This document shows, piece after piece, positions 1 to 13,073 of a DNA stretch of 64,000 bases (the stretch's first letter is position 1; every line of letters starts with the position of its first letter). Source of the stretch: Negaprion brevirostris (taxonomy: Eukaryota); contig JARDVH010000132.1 in NCBI GenBank assembly GCA_030324005.1, forward strand, positions 91,211,248 through 91,275,247, written 5' to 3'. The notes under the pieces are model-generated. The model saw only the letters and a list, made by a program, of their open reading frames with translations. It made no database searches and was not told the origin of the DNA. The translations under genes were made by a program, and so were the position numbers.

Positions 1-39
1 TTAGTGTGTGCTTAAACTGGACCAGATGCTGGGCAACAC

Positions 40-250
40 GACAGCTCAGTGACTATCACTGTTTGCTGTGCAGACACGTGGATTTGGGCCAGTGTCTGTG
101 GGAGTTTGCGCATTCTCCCCGTGTTTGCCTGGGTTTTCTCCGGGTGCTCCTGTTTCCTGCCGCACCCCAAAGATGTGCTGTTAGGCTGATTGGTTATAAT
201 GGCGGCACAGGCTCGTTGGGCCGAAGGGCCTGTTTTGCGGGCTGTTTTTG
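40..250 (+). mobile_element. V-SINE (HE1-like) copy, decayed
   Basis: V-domain-like core tgtgggagtttgcgcattctccccgtgtttgcctgggttttctccgggtgctcc...ccaaagatgtg, followed by a CR1-derived tail gggccgaagggcctgttt. Confidence 0.8.
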
Positions 251-289
251 TTCTTTGTACCTGGTTTAAATTTCAAACAGTGGTGCTGT

Positions 290-502
290 TAGTCACCATC
301 AACTGGTCCATTCTCCATGGCCACACCTCCACCAATCAGAGTTCACTTGCCAACCAATTGGCATTTTCATCTTGTACAGTATAAATTTGTTGTCTCCCTT
401 GGATTTGGCACTCTTGCAAAATGACCTGCTGAGTGCAAGACTAAAAGCTTTGGCAAAAAGTAAATTTGTTGAGCAGTATTCAAGATCTGTGCTACCAAAT
501 GT
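290..502 (+). mobile_element. Penelope-like element terminal-repeat remnant with a decayed hammerhead motif
   Basis: Homologous to the reverse complement of 35855-36003. Contains tgac-CTGCTGA-gtgcaagac-TAAA-agct-tt-ggca at 422-454. Confidence 0.55.
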
Positions 503-3279
503 CTATTTGTTTACCAACGTATTATTTATTGCATGTTCATCCCATTCTTAGAAAACAAATATTAATTTATAGGAGAGAGAGATCTATTATTTTTACCTTG
601 TACCCCAATTTAAAAATTTGGAATATTGATGGTACAAAAAGCATGTGATTTTTGTGAAGGTATGAAAGAAGGAAGTTTGGGAAGGGTGGTAATGATGGGG
701 ACATGCTTTCAATATTACTCAAGCTTGTCATCTTGTTGGAGTCTTGTGCATAGCATTAAATTATTTCCAGCTTTGCGCTTGTTACTTGCTCACAGTAGGG
801 ACTGATTTGGCACAATTGAAGCTTTTTTTTAAACCAGGCGGAGGGAACTATTCATTGCATCATGTCTAGACTGGGTATGAACCTGGGTTGCAGAAGCAAA
901 AGGACAGGAGTTGATTTTTGTTTTTGCTTTGGAGACTGGCAGAAACTGGATAATAATGCTAGTCCCTGCGAATTGAAACTCGGAGCGTGAGGGATAAGAG
1001 CTCAAGGAGCATTGTGAGAATCTTTAGCCTCAGACTAAAACCTGTTGAGAAGTTTATTTTGGGAGGAATAAAAATTGGGTTGTGCAAAAGACCTCCCATG
1101 ATTTGGTTATCTTTAATTTATCTGAGGCTTCTTGTTCATTGTTAGATAACAAACAATTCAGACTAGCTGCAGTACCTTGTAAAGCCTCTAACTTCCCATG
1201 CTGATGCACAAGATAGCATTCAAATTTTATATTCTGTAGAAATTTGTTTTCCGCACTAAACCCCAGAGTTAGAAAATTCCTATTGGGGAATATTGACAAA
1301 AAGGACAATCAGTAATTTGATTGTGATCTAATTAGGTTTGTTGGACAATAAATGTTGACACTTATGTTTCATTTGTTAAAATATGACACAATATAAAAAT
1401 TCAATGCGTGTGTCTTCCCTGTGGATCCTGGGACCTCTGGGGTTGTAGTTGTTCCTTGAACCTGGTTTCTTGGCCCATGACATCCTTTGAGATTTTTGGC
1501 TCATCCAGCTTAACTCTAACATAAATACAATTCCTTTTGTAGTTTTAAGACTTTAACTCTAGTGGATCCTTATCCAAACCCCCCAACTTCTCAGTCTACC
1601 TCAATTGCTGATGCTGCCAGCCTGCCTTACTTGGTAGAGCTGCACAGTTCATATTAGAGCTACACAGCTACTTGGTGAGTATTGTCTCTCTCTCTCTCTC
1701 TTTCTTGCTTACTCTTTTAAGCAATTCTGTCTCTACTGGATACGCTGATCCCCAATATTGGATTCTTACTACAATTCCTGTGATGGGGCTTTGGCCACTA
1801 TTAGGTAGTTACATCAACCCCTTTACCTGTGACAAATATTCATCGATTGGCTATTTCCTATGCAAATACTAACTTCCAAACAAGTATTCCACTGACAACG
1901 GCTCTCCCAACAAATGCCCTACTCTCTCTACTGACAGATGATCCTCTCAGCAAGTGTTCTGTAGCAAACACTAACTCTTTGCAAGTGCAAATACCTCAAT
2001 GATACACCCCAATTAGACTGTTTTTGCAGCTAGCTTTCCAACATTTAACTTAGTATGCATACCTGCGGCAACATAATTAACCAGTCCTAATCAAATATTT
2101 GCAACCAATGGGAAGAGCAGAAGAGCACTCCTGGCTTCCCTACAACAATCTGTGCCTTTGAACCTGAATTCCTGGAACATTCTAGGCCCAAGAACATTCT
2201 TCTATCCAAGTAGCTTTTCAGCCTTGGCTTCCGTTCTAAATTCTAAACTATAACTTTGACCAGGGGCCTTGGAACATTTAATCTTTAAGCTATCTTTCTG
2301 GCCAATCAGAATTGTAGCTTTGACTCCTGTTTACTTTTAATCTGGACTCACCTGGAGCCCAAGTGTGCCCTGGCTAAATTGCAGTTCATTCCATTTGTTC
2401 TTAAAGCTGTGTCACAGTATTTGACACTTAAGAGGTGCCAATTTTAAGACTTTCTTTACAACATAGCCCCAATTTAAAAATCTTCCCAGTAAGAATTTCA
2501 TCATTAAGCTTTCATATAGTGCATTTTGGATAATTGATCCTTAGTAACTACACAAGTGTGCCAGTGAGGTGACACCTAACACTCCTTAAGAAGTTCCATA
2601 TTTTTAATCCAGGATATCCCAACTCTAGATGGGAGAGAAATTTCAGTGTGGCTATTGTGTGTGAAGGACCAATGTTTTCAGGAAATCTTCCCAGATTTTA
2701 GTCCAATGCAGACTAAAATGTTAGCTTTCTCAATCTCTAACTAACGTTCTGTACATTTGATGGGGGCTTATTGGTCTGTTAACAATTAACGGGACCTGAA
2801 GCATCAGGTGGCATTAAAGGGCATACTACTAGAGCAGCAGCCATTTCATGGGCTCAATTATGCTGCATTAGGTGTTCAGCAAATCTGGAAAGCAGCTACA
2901 TGGAGTTATAGAAGTATTCTCATTAGGTATTATTGTCTTGATTTTATACCAAGCTGGCAGTTTGACAAGGGCTTTGCTACGATCAGCCATAGCATACTAC
3001 AAATGGATTCTGTTGGTTGCTAAGAGATTACGCATGATATTTGAATGCTTAATGAACAAAGAAATATTTCTGGCCTGTGACACACAATATTTGTATGGAA
3101 GGTAAATACTGTTTTTGGAGGGGGAAAAAAAATGAGTAGACTTGGTAGATAGCATCTTGCTGATTTTCTTTAAGTTAAAATTTGTGTTATGCTTTTCTGT
3201 GTTTTATAGTGACAAATAGCCTTCCAGGTTTCTCTGTTCAAGCACAACCATTGAAGTTAAAATGTACTTTGAAATCCCT

Positions 3280-3580
3280 TTATGGTCTTGTTTCTCCTTT
3301 TTCCCTTTTGCGTTCAAGTACACAGTTTTGACTTCAGCTTTCTGTAGATTTTTGAACCCACCATTCTGCTGCCTAGGCCCAAAACATTGGAATTTCCTCC
3401 CTAAATAAATCATCCTCTCACCTCCCTCTCCTCCTTTAGGACCACTCATAAATCCCACTTCTCTGAACAAGAGTTTGATCATTCTCTCAATTTCTCCTCT
3501 TTTTGTCAGTGTAATGTTTCTAAAAACGGAATTTCTGGGACACTTGCATATGAAAGGCACTGTATAAATGCAAGTTCTCA
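3280..3580 (+). mobile_element. L2-clade LINE 3' end remnant
   Basis: ttctgctgcctaggcccaaaacattggaatttcctccctaaa (FSCLGPKLWNSLP-like), then tail gaaaggcactgtataaatgcaagtt. Confidence 0.55.
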
Positions 3581-5494
3581 CAATGGCGTACATTAGCAGA
3601 TTTCTTGGTGGTTACCTTCACAACAAAGGTTTGTTAGTCCAGTGACAATAACCTCACTTATCATTCACACAAGAATGATTTTAATAAAATTTATTCCAGT
3701 TGTCAGATTTGATTTTCCTTTTATACCAAACAACATGCAGATAATACAACCTAGTTTTCCACCTCTGATTACGTCAAATGCTCTCTAACCCAAGAAAATA
3801 GTACAGGAGCTGGAGTGACCAGCTCTTCCACCTTACATGTGGCTGCAAGGCCCAGGATCTCTACTTTGCCTTTACAGTGGATCTGGTTGTACTTTCATAC
3901 TTAAAATATTATCAGGGCTTGTGCTTAAATAGTACATAGGTTGTAAGTTCAGTTGAGGTGACTTTTTACATGTTTATCAAGCTTTTTGGCGTTTGTATTT
4001 TGCTTTTAATAGCACAAGTACTTAGGCCAAATGTTTATCCTGTTCCCTAGAAATGGATTTTTTCATTCTGTCCTTGCATTTTCAAACTGCCTGTCTGTTC
4101 ATGTGCTGAGACAAGATTAAGATCTCTTTTCCTCCAAGATTTACTTTACCACTAAAAATGCTCAAAGGAAGGAATAATGGGATGGATAAATGTATTAAAT
4201 TATCTTAAAACAGTTCATCAGTATTTTAGGATTTTACTTGAATGGCTATTTTTCATTTCTGATAAATGAGGTTATATTTCATGCCCATATTTCAAGTTCC
4301 TTTACAGCTCGCAGTTAAAACAATTGAAAGATTGAATAAGAAAAACTCTCCCTTTTCTCTTTTCTAGCAATATTTGATTTAGTGAAAAACAAACGTATTG
4401 TTGTTGAAATAATGTAGTACCGTAATTCCAAACTTTATATTAAATCCAATCAATGAATTTACTTTGGAAGGTCACTTTTCCCCAACTGGTAATAGAAATT
4501 GAGAAGACTATGAGAGGTTAACTATATTAACCGGAGGGTGTGAGAATGATATAAATGCAACATGTCATCCTTTGATTGATGGACTTAATGCAGCTAATCT
4601 TGCAGAATAAGTGAGGACCCCAGTCTTTGTTAAAGTCAGGTGTTTCTCTTTCAAAGTTCACACCTCCGTTCCAGAGGTTGATTTCTTAAAAGACTGGTGA
4701 TCTTAAAGCTAGAAAAATGAATTTTAACAGGTTTTTCAGTGGTCTTCATAATAGAAAATGTACTAAAGGTTAAACAGCTCTTTTAAGGTTTAAGTTAGAC
4801 ATAGAAATCAAAGGCAAGAAAATAGTCACCAATCAAACTTGATCTTTACAAGTAAAGGTTGTGGTTAAATCCTGGATCCTGGAATTTTGACATTGGAATC
4901 AATAATACAATTGGACATCAATCCAAAAAAAACAAAATTTAAATCCAGTAAAGAACTTGTTCTCAAGAAAGAGGAAGTGATTCGGTCAATTCTTTATTTT
5001 TAAAGCCTCTTAAATACATGAATTGTACATGAACATTGAAGAATTATGAAAGGGTTGTTTTAAGAGTAGGAATGAAGCTTAAACTTTAACATTAGCAATT
5101 TTTGGTGAACTTGTTTATAATGGAGGAGCGAATGTTTATGTGCCGTTTGGAATTGTATTAAAAGGGGGGAGAAATCATAGAGTATAGATTTGGAAACGTG
5201 AGACCTTCATACTGTAGTAACCAACTAGAATTCTAGTGGATATAGTTGGATTTTCAGGAAGCAGTGGACGCTGGGGCCAGCAAATAAACTTCCATTTGTA
5301 CTTGGATGTATGTTTGCATCTTTCTTAGCTTTCACTCTCCTAGCAAAATATGATGAATGCTACAAGTTATGTATTAGTGTCAGTGGCTCGTAGAGCTTTT
5401 GGTGTTCTACATTCCTACTTGTCCACACTATTCATAAAGATGATGGGGGAACATTTGTTTTGCCATGTAACAAATTTGATAACTATGTAGTATT

Positions 5495-5760
5495 TACAGC
5501 TTAGAAATAGGCCATTCAACTACCAGGTCCATTTTGGCATTTATGTTCCACACAAGTCTTTCATCCTTCTAATCTTATCAACATATCCTTCTATTTCTCT
5601 CTCCCTTGTATCTATCTAGGTTCCCCTTAAAAGTGTTTATGCTATTTGTCGCAATGACTTAGGATAGTGAGTTCCACGTTCTAAAATTTCTTGGTAAAGA
5701 AGCGTCGCTGGAATTCCCTATTGAATTTATCTACAACTGTCTTGTGTTTATGGCTACTAG
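5495..5760 (-). mobile_element. CR1 LINE 3' end remnant
   Basis: aggccattcaac...gagttccacgttcta...ggtaaagaag...ctggaattcc, the reverse complement of the CR1 ORF2 C-terminus and 3' UTR. Confidence 0.55.
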
Positions 5761-8700
5761 AGAATGACATTATACCAAGCTGTGAACACCAGTGCAGCCA
5801 ACTCTTGTCTTTGCCCATTTCCAGATGGGTATATTTCTAGTAGAGATTTCCGATGTGTTATCCATACCAGTGATGAATCAGATACGTGATCAGCTCTAAC
5901 GAACACTTTTTGTTCGTTCCTTCCCTTGTCTCTTGTTGGTGAAGCCAACTACTTTACTGGTTGAGTCAATCTGAAGCCTCATTGGATAAAAGTGCCCATG
6001 ATGAATATAATTGAAATATAAATGCAACTTTTTTTTCTTTGTCTAAGAAAATATTAAGTTGGAAGAGAAGCCTTTCAAATCTACTTCCAAAGTATGCCTG
6101 AACTTAAACTCACAACTTTCATTATAAAACTTCTTTGAGGAGTGCCTTGGGGGGTTGCATTATGTCAAATGTGCTATATAAATATAACTTGTTGTTGTGA
6201 TTCTCTGGCTATGATTAGAGAGGTAAAAATGGAACCAGGCCGTTGCAATACCACTCGAATTCAGCACATCCCAGAACTAAAACCAGAGATCTGCCAGCTC
6301 TTTGTAGTTCAATGGCACACTGCACAATACTTGTAATTAATGTGGTACTGAGAGCACAGGTCAGTATTTTTTCCAAATTTGAATGCTGACTGGAGTAAAT
6401 TTTCATCTTTGAGTCAGATATGTGATAAGCACAAAAAACAAAATTGGATATTGAAACAATTATGTAGCTTTGGTACTGATAAGAAGTCTGATACTTTTTT
6501 TCATCCCACCAACTGAAACAAACCCATCATAAAGGGGAAAGGAAAACAATTGTGCAAAAAGATGTTGTGCAGCAGTATTGTGTTGCAATGGCCGGTTTGG
6601 CTGTAAGCGAGTTGGATAGTGGGAAAACAGATCAACAACAGAGAGCAGTTGTTTACTGCCCTAAGCATCAGTTTTAAACCATCTGATAAATTTGCTGAGT
6701 ATCTATTTATTGGCATATTTTCTGAAGTTTGAGGAGCAATGAAAAATGCATTTTACATGATTTTTCAGTTTCCGTTTGGGAATTGGTTAATAAATGCTGT
6801 CCTTGCCAGCAATGCCAACACCCTATGTAAGAATAAAAAAAAGTAAAATTTTGTACAAAGAGCACAAGAGTATTTGTCTGATTTGTAGTCATTGATGAAT
6901 GAGTGGCACTTGCTATTTGTTACACTTACAGCTGTGCACAGATGGTGCCCTCGACATTAGATTAGAGACCTGTGTTAACAGGGCAATTGACAGTGCCTTT
7001 TTCAACAAATCACATTGAAGAAGCACGTGGAGTCTAAGCCAAGAAGTTCAAGTTAGAATGTTTAATTCAATGTGAAATCATGTACAGAAAGAGACTGCAT
7101 TCAAGGGGATAGATGAAAATAAGTTATTTTTTAAAAATTGCATGCATCATTTTTTTGAAACATGACAGGATGGACACTGCAGTTTCGATGCAAAAGTTTG
7201 CTGGAGCAATTGTTTAGTAATAATGAAAACTTACCATTCCATTAAGGATTCATTTGTACTTGAATGAGCAAACTCTAAGTTACCCAAGTTTTTGTAGTAT
7301 GTTTAGTTTATAAGTGCAGCAATTTCACACCGTTAATGTGTTTGTTCTCTCAGTCAGATACCAATAGCAAACCTTTCGGACAAATCAGAAAACAACTTTC
7401 TAGTTACCTTGTTTAAGCATCAGCCGAAACTGGTGTCCGATTTACTGGGCAATAATTGAGAGCACTGATAGCTTTCTCTTTATTCCTATCACAAAATCTG
7501 AATCAATAAATACAACACAAAGATAGAAAATGCAGGCAATGTAATTACTTTCTAAGTTAAGTCAAAGTGTTTATGTGAAATCTAAGATTATCGGAGGATA
7601 TGGACAGACTCTGTGCTCAATACTGGTGTCGTTGTGGAGCAGCAATAAACGGAACAAATGGGATGCTGAACCAAAATGCAGAGGATGCACTCGGTGGGAG
7701 GAAAAAAGTCAAGCATGAGATTTACAATGTTTTGGACAGAACACAGTACTTTTTTTATATATCACTGAGATGCAAGAGATATTCAATTTCTGAATGTGAA
7801 GAGAAGAGGAGGAAGACAGAAGAGCCTTGTGTTTTTTTTAGGTTTTGGAACACAGTGATCATTATACACAAAATAGTAAACAGTAAAGAAAAAGTTAATC
7901 CAAAGCCAAGGCCAAATTAAATAACAATAGAACGAAAAGATTTGAACTGGGCCTCATCAAGATTTAGTTTAATGTTCGGAGTTTCTTCATATGGAGAATG
8001 ATCATCATGTTGGGACAAGTAATGGATTGTTTAAAAAAGGCACTGAATACTGTGATGGAGACTGTAGGATCTTTCAGAATGGATTTTAAGTTGAAATGAA
8101 TAAAATGTGTTTCCTTACCCATGTGAAATTTGTGATGTCTGTGATTTTCTGTGTGCCTTTCAACAGGATAGTAAAAATGCTTTATATCTCTCATGACTAA
8201 CTATCAACTTTTGCCTTCTGGCTCTGCAGTTTATCCCTCTTTAGTCATCAGTCCTACACCCTNNNNNNNNNNAACTCCCACATGTTTTCCATAGCTAATA
8301 CTGTTTCCAGGACGGTCAGGCAATGAAACTGTTGTGGGATATTGGCAAACATGATTAATTTCCTAACATTTATATTTAACTTGGTAAACCTTTTTAACGT
8401 AATAGAGGAAGACATTGCGGATGAACAGTTGCAAACATGTTCAGTATTTATATGCTGGAAACTGTTGTAATTTCACATCTCTTTCATACCAAATGTGTTT
8501 CCCCATAACAACTCCTAAATGTCTATAAAGCCCAAGTCTATCCAAGATTTATATTTTGTTCCAAATGAGAAAATGCTTAACATTTACATCTCTGCAATAG
8601 CTTGCATTCAACCACTCTTTATCCCTCTCCTTCCCTCTTTCTTGGTCATTGTTGAAATATCTTGCACCCCGTGGTGTAAAGTTATGCCCTGGTGGAATTG

Positions 8701-8934
8701 TAAGAGTTTGAAGCACCCTTACCAGCTCTGGAAAACTTTGTTCAGACTCCCGCTGTTAGGGACTGTTGGACAGAGGTCCCAAATGTCTCAGTGCCTTATG
8801 ACACTGGTAAGCCAAGGGAGACAGCATCCCCTTTTTAGTAACACCGGCTGCCAGAAAGCATGTGGATTCAAAAGGTGCAGTGAAATTGACAGGCCAGGGA
8901 GAGGGTAATTAAATGGGACTTGGCTGCTCAGGAC

Positions 8935-9740
8935 ATAGTGTCAGTAGGGGTGTGTTGCATGGATAGGTGTCAGTAGGGGTTGTTTGGCAGGAGAGGGGGA
9001 GGATGTTGAGTGGGGAGAGGGGCTGTTCTGTTGGGGGGGATTGTTGGGTGAGGAAGGGGAGCGATCGGATGGGGGAGGGGAGGATGTTGGGTGGAGAGGA
9101 ACTGTGTTGCATGGGGATTGTTGGGTNNNNNNNNNNNNNNNNNNNNNNNNNNNNNNNNNNNNNNNNNNNNNNNNNNNNNNNNNNNNNNNNNNNNNNNNNN
9201 NNNNNNNNNNNNNNNNNNNNNNNNNNNNNNNNNNNNNNNNNNNNNNNNNNNNNNNNNNNNNNNNNNNNNNNNNNNNNNNNNNNNNNNNNNNNNNNNNNNN
9301 NNNNNNNNNNNNNNCCACCCACAACGATTCCACTTTCTGCTCTTTGGTTCCTATATCATCCCTTGCTACCACCCTGATGCTATCTGGGCAGGGGATTGTT
9401 GGGGAGGAGTTTTCTGGTCAGGGAAGGGGTGTCAGAGTGACAACAGGGGTGTTTGGGTGGAGGTGTCTGCTACTGGGAAAGGTCTGTTAGGTAGGGGGAA
9501 GAGGCTATGTCAGATGTCAGTATTTGGTAAGAGAAGAGAAGGGAGGATTAGGTATGGGAGAAACTGAGGGTCCTCAGGTCAGGGAGGGGGGTGGTTGTCA
9601 GGTAGATGAAAGGTGGGTAGGGAGAGGGAGTCTTGAGAAGGTGGGTCAGTCCTGGGGACGGGTGAAGAGGAGGGGTAGATTGGAGGATGTCAGGAGGGAG
9701 TTGTGACCAGTTGGAACAGATCATTTGGAGGGGGGCAGGG
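8935..9740. repeat. G-rich degenerate tandem/low-complexity tract within a probable non-autonomous DNA-transposon-like element; spans an N gap
   Basis: Repeated units ggggaggatgttg(a/g)gtgg...ggggattgttgggt and gtcag-anchored G runs, with strong G/C strand skew. Confidence 0.7.
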
Positions 9741-10182
9741 GATTTAGAGTTGAGCCCAGTGAGATTGGGAGTTGTTCTTTGTGGGACTCTGTGTGGGTGC
9801 TTAAAATAGTTGCACTGAAGTTAACGTTCTTTTAGTGTAACTATCAGTGTAGCACTGGCAGAACCATCCAAAGTTGTGCTTTAAATCGCTTTGTCGGATG
9901 GGGTCCAATGCAGCACAATTGTCAAGGGAAAGTTAATGGTTCTGGATATTTGCTGTGTAAACTCTCATCTGGGAACTCTCCAAGAGTGATTCACCAGAGT
10001 ATCTTTGGGGCATGTTGGTAACCTGACATGGAAGAAGTTACATTTTCCACATCTTGATGATGCCCTGCATTATGGTCTCTGACTCTTTGTGTGATTTGTC
10101 ATTAAAAATCAAGTACTTTCATTCTGGAATATTTTGGAATCTGAAACAAATACTTTTGAAATTGACATATTTACAAAGATTT

Positions 10183-10307
10183 GTGTTGGAATTTTACTGG
10201 CCTGCCCACCACAGGAATCAGAGGTGAGGGGCAGACCATGAAATGGTCTGGTGACCTTAGATGGGACTTTATGGTTTCACGACCAGTGAGGCTGTAAAAT
10301 CCCACCC
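10183..10307. mobile_element. Short MITE-like element with imperfect terminal inverted repeats
   Basis: Left end gtgttggaattttactggcct; right end gaggctgtaaaatcccaccc (reverse complement gggtgggattttacagcctc). Confidence 0.5.
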
Positions 10308-11859
10308 TTGTTCTCCTTATTATCATTAGTTTTAACTTCTGTTGTGACATACGTCCNNNNNNNNNNTTGTTTTTTTTCTGTTAAGACTGCTGTATAAATA
10401 TTTTTACTCCATCATGGGAGCAGTTTTTGTTTCTAACCCTGTTCTGCATCTCAGTAGGTTAAACTACTCCATTTGAAGCTTTGGTGGGACACAATGCAGA
10501 CCAAACTACAGCGCATATTTTATTGAAATTTCTTTAATTTTAGTTTGAAATAATGTTTCTATACATCGGCTAGCACATTACTAAATGATAAACTGTGAAA
10601 GAATTGGTGCTGAGTTTTACTTCCAGAATTATACCTTTAACAGTTTATTGATGAATTATTATCTAGATGAGCAGTGTTAAAGAAAAAAAGCAGGGGCTAA
10701 TTGTGATCCATTGTGGGGCATTTCATGGTCATACCTATCTGGGGAAAACAATGTTTGCCAAGTAAGTGGCCTGCACAACAAGCACTATTTGAGATGCATG
10801 TTTTAAATATTCATTTCAGCTTAATTGAGTGCCAGACAACCATTGAGCAATTCTGTTCATCTTATTTGAAGATCATGGCTTCAGAACAAAACTGATATCT
10901 CCATTTGGCAAAATGAAGGTGACATATGTTTCTTTGGGATTGATAGCATTGAATGTCCACACAATGCAGAACTGAGATATAAATGATATTCCTGATATCA
11001 CTGATATTTTTTTAAAAGAGCTATTGCATGTTGTAATTGTCTGGGTAGCACAATGTGTTGGTACACCAAAAATCAGGAGCATTGTAATGGTCCAAATTTA
11101 TGGCCATGAGTTTTGTCATTCCACAAAATGGAATGATAATCAATACATCCATAAACGTATTGCTTATTCAATTTTAACTTCCAACTGTGAAAGGCAAACT
11201 GTGCAAAGTTTCTACATGGTGGCTTGGTTAAAAAATAGTCTAATTCGATTGGCTGACTTTACTTTTTTTCTCAGTTGTGATAGGTAGCATTTCCTACCTG
11301 TTGGATAACAAATTTGCATGGTCATACGAATGTTGATAGTTATTGAAACCCATCAGAAAAGTTTGATACTGTTTATAATTCAACAGATGTGGAAAAACAC
11401 CAGGTATGAAGTATTATACATGCTATATGTAAATACCCCTGTATATTTTAAAATTATGTCAGTAAAATGCTTTAGCCATCTCATTAAAGGCAATGTTATT
11501 ATGGGGAGTAGTTTATGTCATGTATTGTTATAAATATGTTCTGCATTGCTGTGTAAGTTTTAATACCCTCAAACATAAGGATCTGATTTGTTGTTGTGTC
11601 ACTAACGTAGTAAGTTTCATGATGTTCTGCACCCAAAAGAATCTTTCTTTCATTAGTTAACATGCATAAAAGTTACTGTGTTCTGCTGGGTTGCGTACAT
11701 AGGATGGTGTTATGTATTGGCACTTAGACATCGTCAAGACAATTTCAGGCTCTGTTCAGACCAAAAAGATATTTACTGATGAAGAAACACTAGCTATAGG
11801 GATTTGCAGCATTCGGTTATCTTAGAACAGCCTGCCCAACTACTCCAGTCCTTACATGA

Positions 11860-11940
11860 AGTTTATTTTAAAGTTTATTGTCACAAATAAGGCTTACAGT
11901 AACACAGCAATGAAATTACTGTGAAAGTCCCCTACATGGC
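11860..11940 (-). mobile_element. 3' tail fragment of the V-SINE subfamily seen at 48205-48480
   Basis: gtcacaaataaggcttacagtaacacagcaatgaaattactgtgaaagtccccta is the reverse complement of the tail at 48410-48480. Confidence 0.65.
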
Positions 11941-12233
11941 TTCCAGATGTATTCTGCCCCAGAGAGGAGGACTCCTTCTCGAGTAAACACTCTCTTGGCT
12001 CCCATTGACCCTTCCGGCCAGATGACCCTCTTTTCCTGTGTTGTCCTGAAGTGATAGACAGCACAATCACTAGACTTGACTGTTAATCCTTTATCTCGAT
12101 GTCTCCAATGATAACAACAATGAAACAATAACATTCTGATAGCACTCATATCAAAGAGAAATTGTTTAGATTAATGACTCACCCAGTCCATAATTTGTAA
12201 AGCATCACAAATTGGCAATCAATGATAGCTAAT

Positions 12234-13073
12234 TGTTAGGAATTTGGGAAGTTAGCCAGGTTAGCAGTTGAACCGGAGATTAGAATATAACGGACAAGTC
12301 AAAAGCTACCCAGGTGTCCAAAGGAATTATGAGATACAATTTGCCTAGCAACAAGATTAGCAGGCATCTAGAAAAAATGAGGTGTGAATTCCTTTATCAG
12401 GAACATTGTTTACCTCAGATCAGTGGAGCTATGCAAAATTTGAGAGATGTAGACAGCCGAATCCACAGCGTGGGTTATCAAAGAGACTGAACATGTAACT
12501 GCTCATTGGGGAAGGAAGTTAGTTTTCCATCCAACAGGCAGGCAGGCAAACCTTTCTCATCTTCAGTAAGGCCAGTTCTATCTATGATCAGAGCCACGGA
12601 GGCCTATTCTATCGAACATTTAGAGCCACGACAGATTGCAGATATTCTTTAAATGACTTGTATTCCTGAACCAGGAATAGAAGTTTCCCAGACTTGACAT
12701 CTAAGCCGATTCTTGTGGGAACTATTAGCTGGATTTGATTTAGTTACTAAAGTGGATGTTGTTTGAGAAGTGAGGTGTCTCAGTGAGTTCTGCGAAAGTG
12801 AGTATAGTTTGGAAGCAAGAGGTAATTTCAGATAAAATAGTGTGATTAGTTATTCATGTACTTAAATGTCATGGTGTATAGTAGTGTTTGTGTGTTTTTT
12901 TTTACTTAAACATAGTCTTTATTAGTGATTTGCACAACCAGTGGAATGGATTCCTCACTGGGTTTTTCCGCACATAATTCCAAACAAATATACACCACCA
13001 AGAACCAGTGTTTCTAGTTAACCTTTGGGATTTTGAGGCACACTTGCATTTAACATCAGGGGGGTCCTTAACG
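12234..13073. mobile_element. Probable solo LTR (~840 bp)
   Basis: Begins TGTTAGGA and ends TCCTTAACG (imperfect inverted termini, TG...CA/CG). Flanked by ctaat / ctcat, a 5-bp TSD with one mismatch. No coding remnants inside. Confidence 0.5.

Noticed and set aside
1820-2010. Degenerate ~35-bp repeats that might suggest an array with spacers
   Set aside because: Units are highly diverged and irregular, in a vertebrate intron with no cas genes; most likely a decayed minisatellite or LINE 5' region.
10411-10450. atgggagcagttttt...ccctgtt resembles the end of the preceding HIBADH exon (MGAVFMDAPVSG)
   Set aside because: The upstream sequence does not encode SLLIDSSTIDP...KE, the DAP motif is absent and there is no correctly placed donor; chance similarity.
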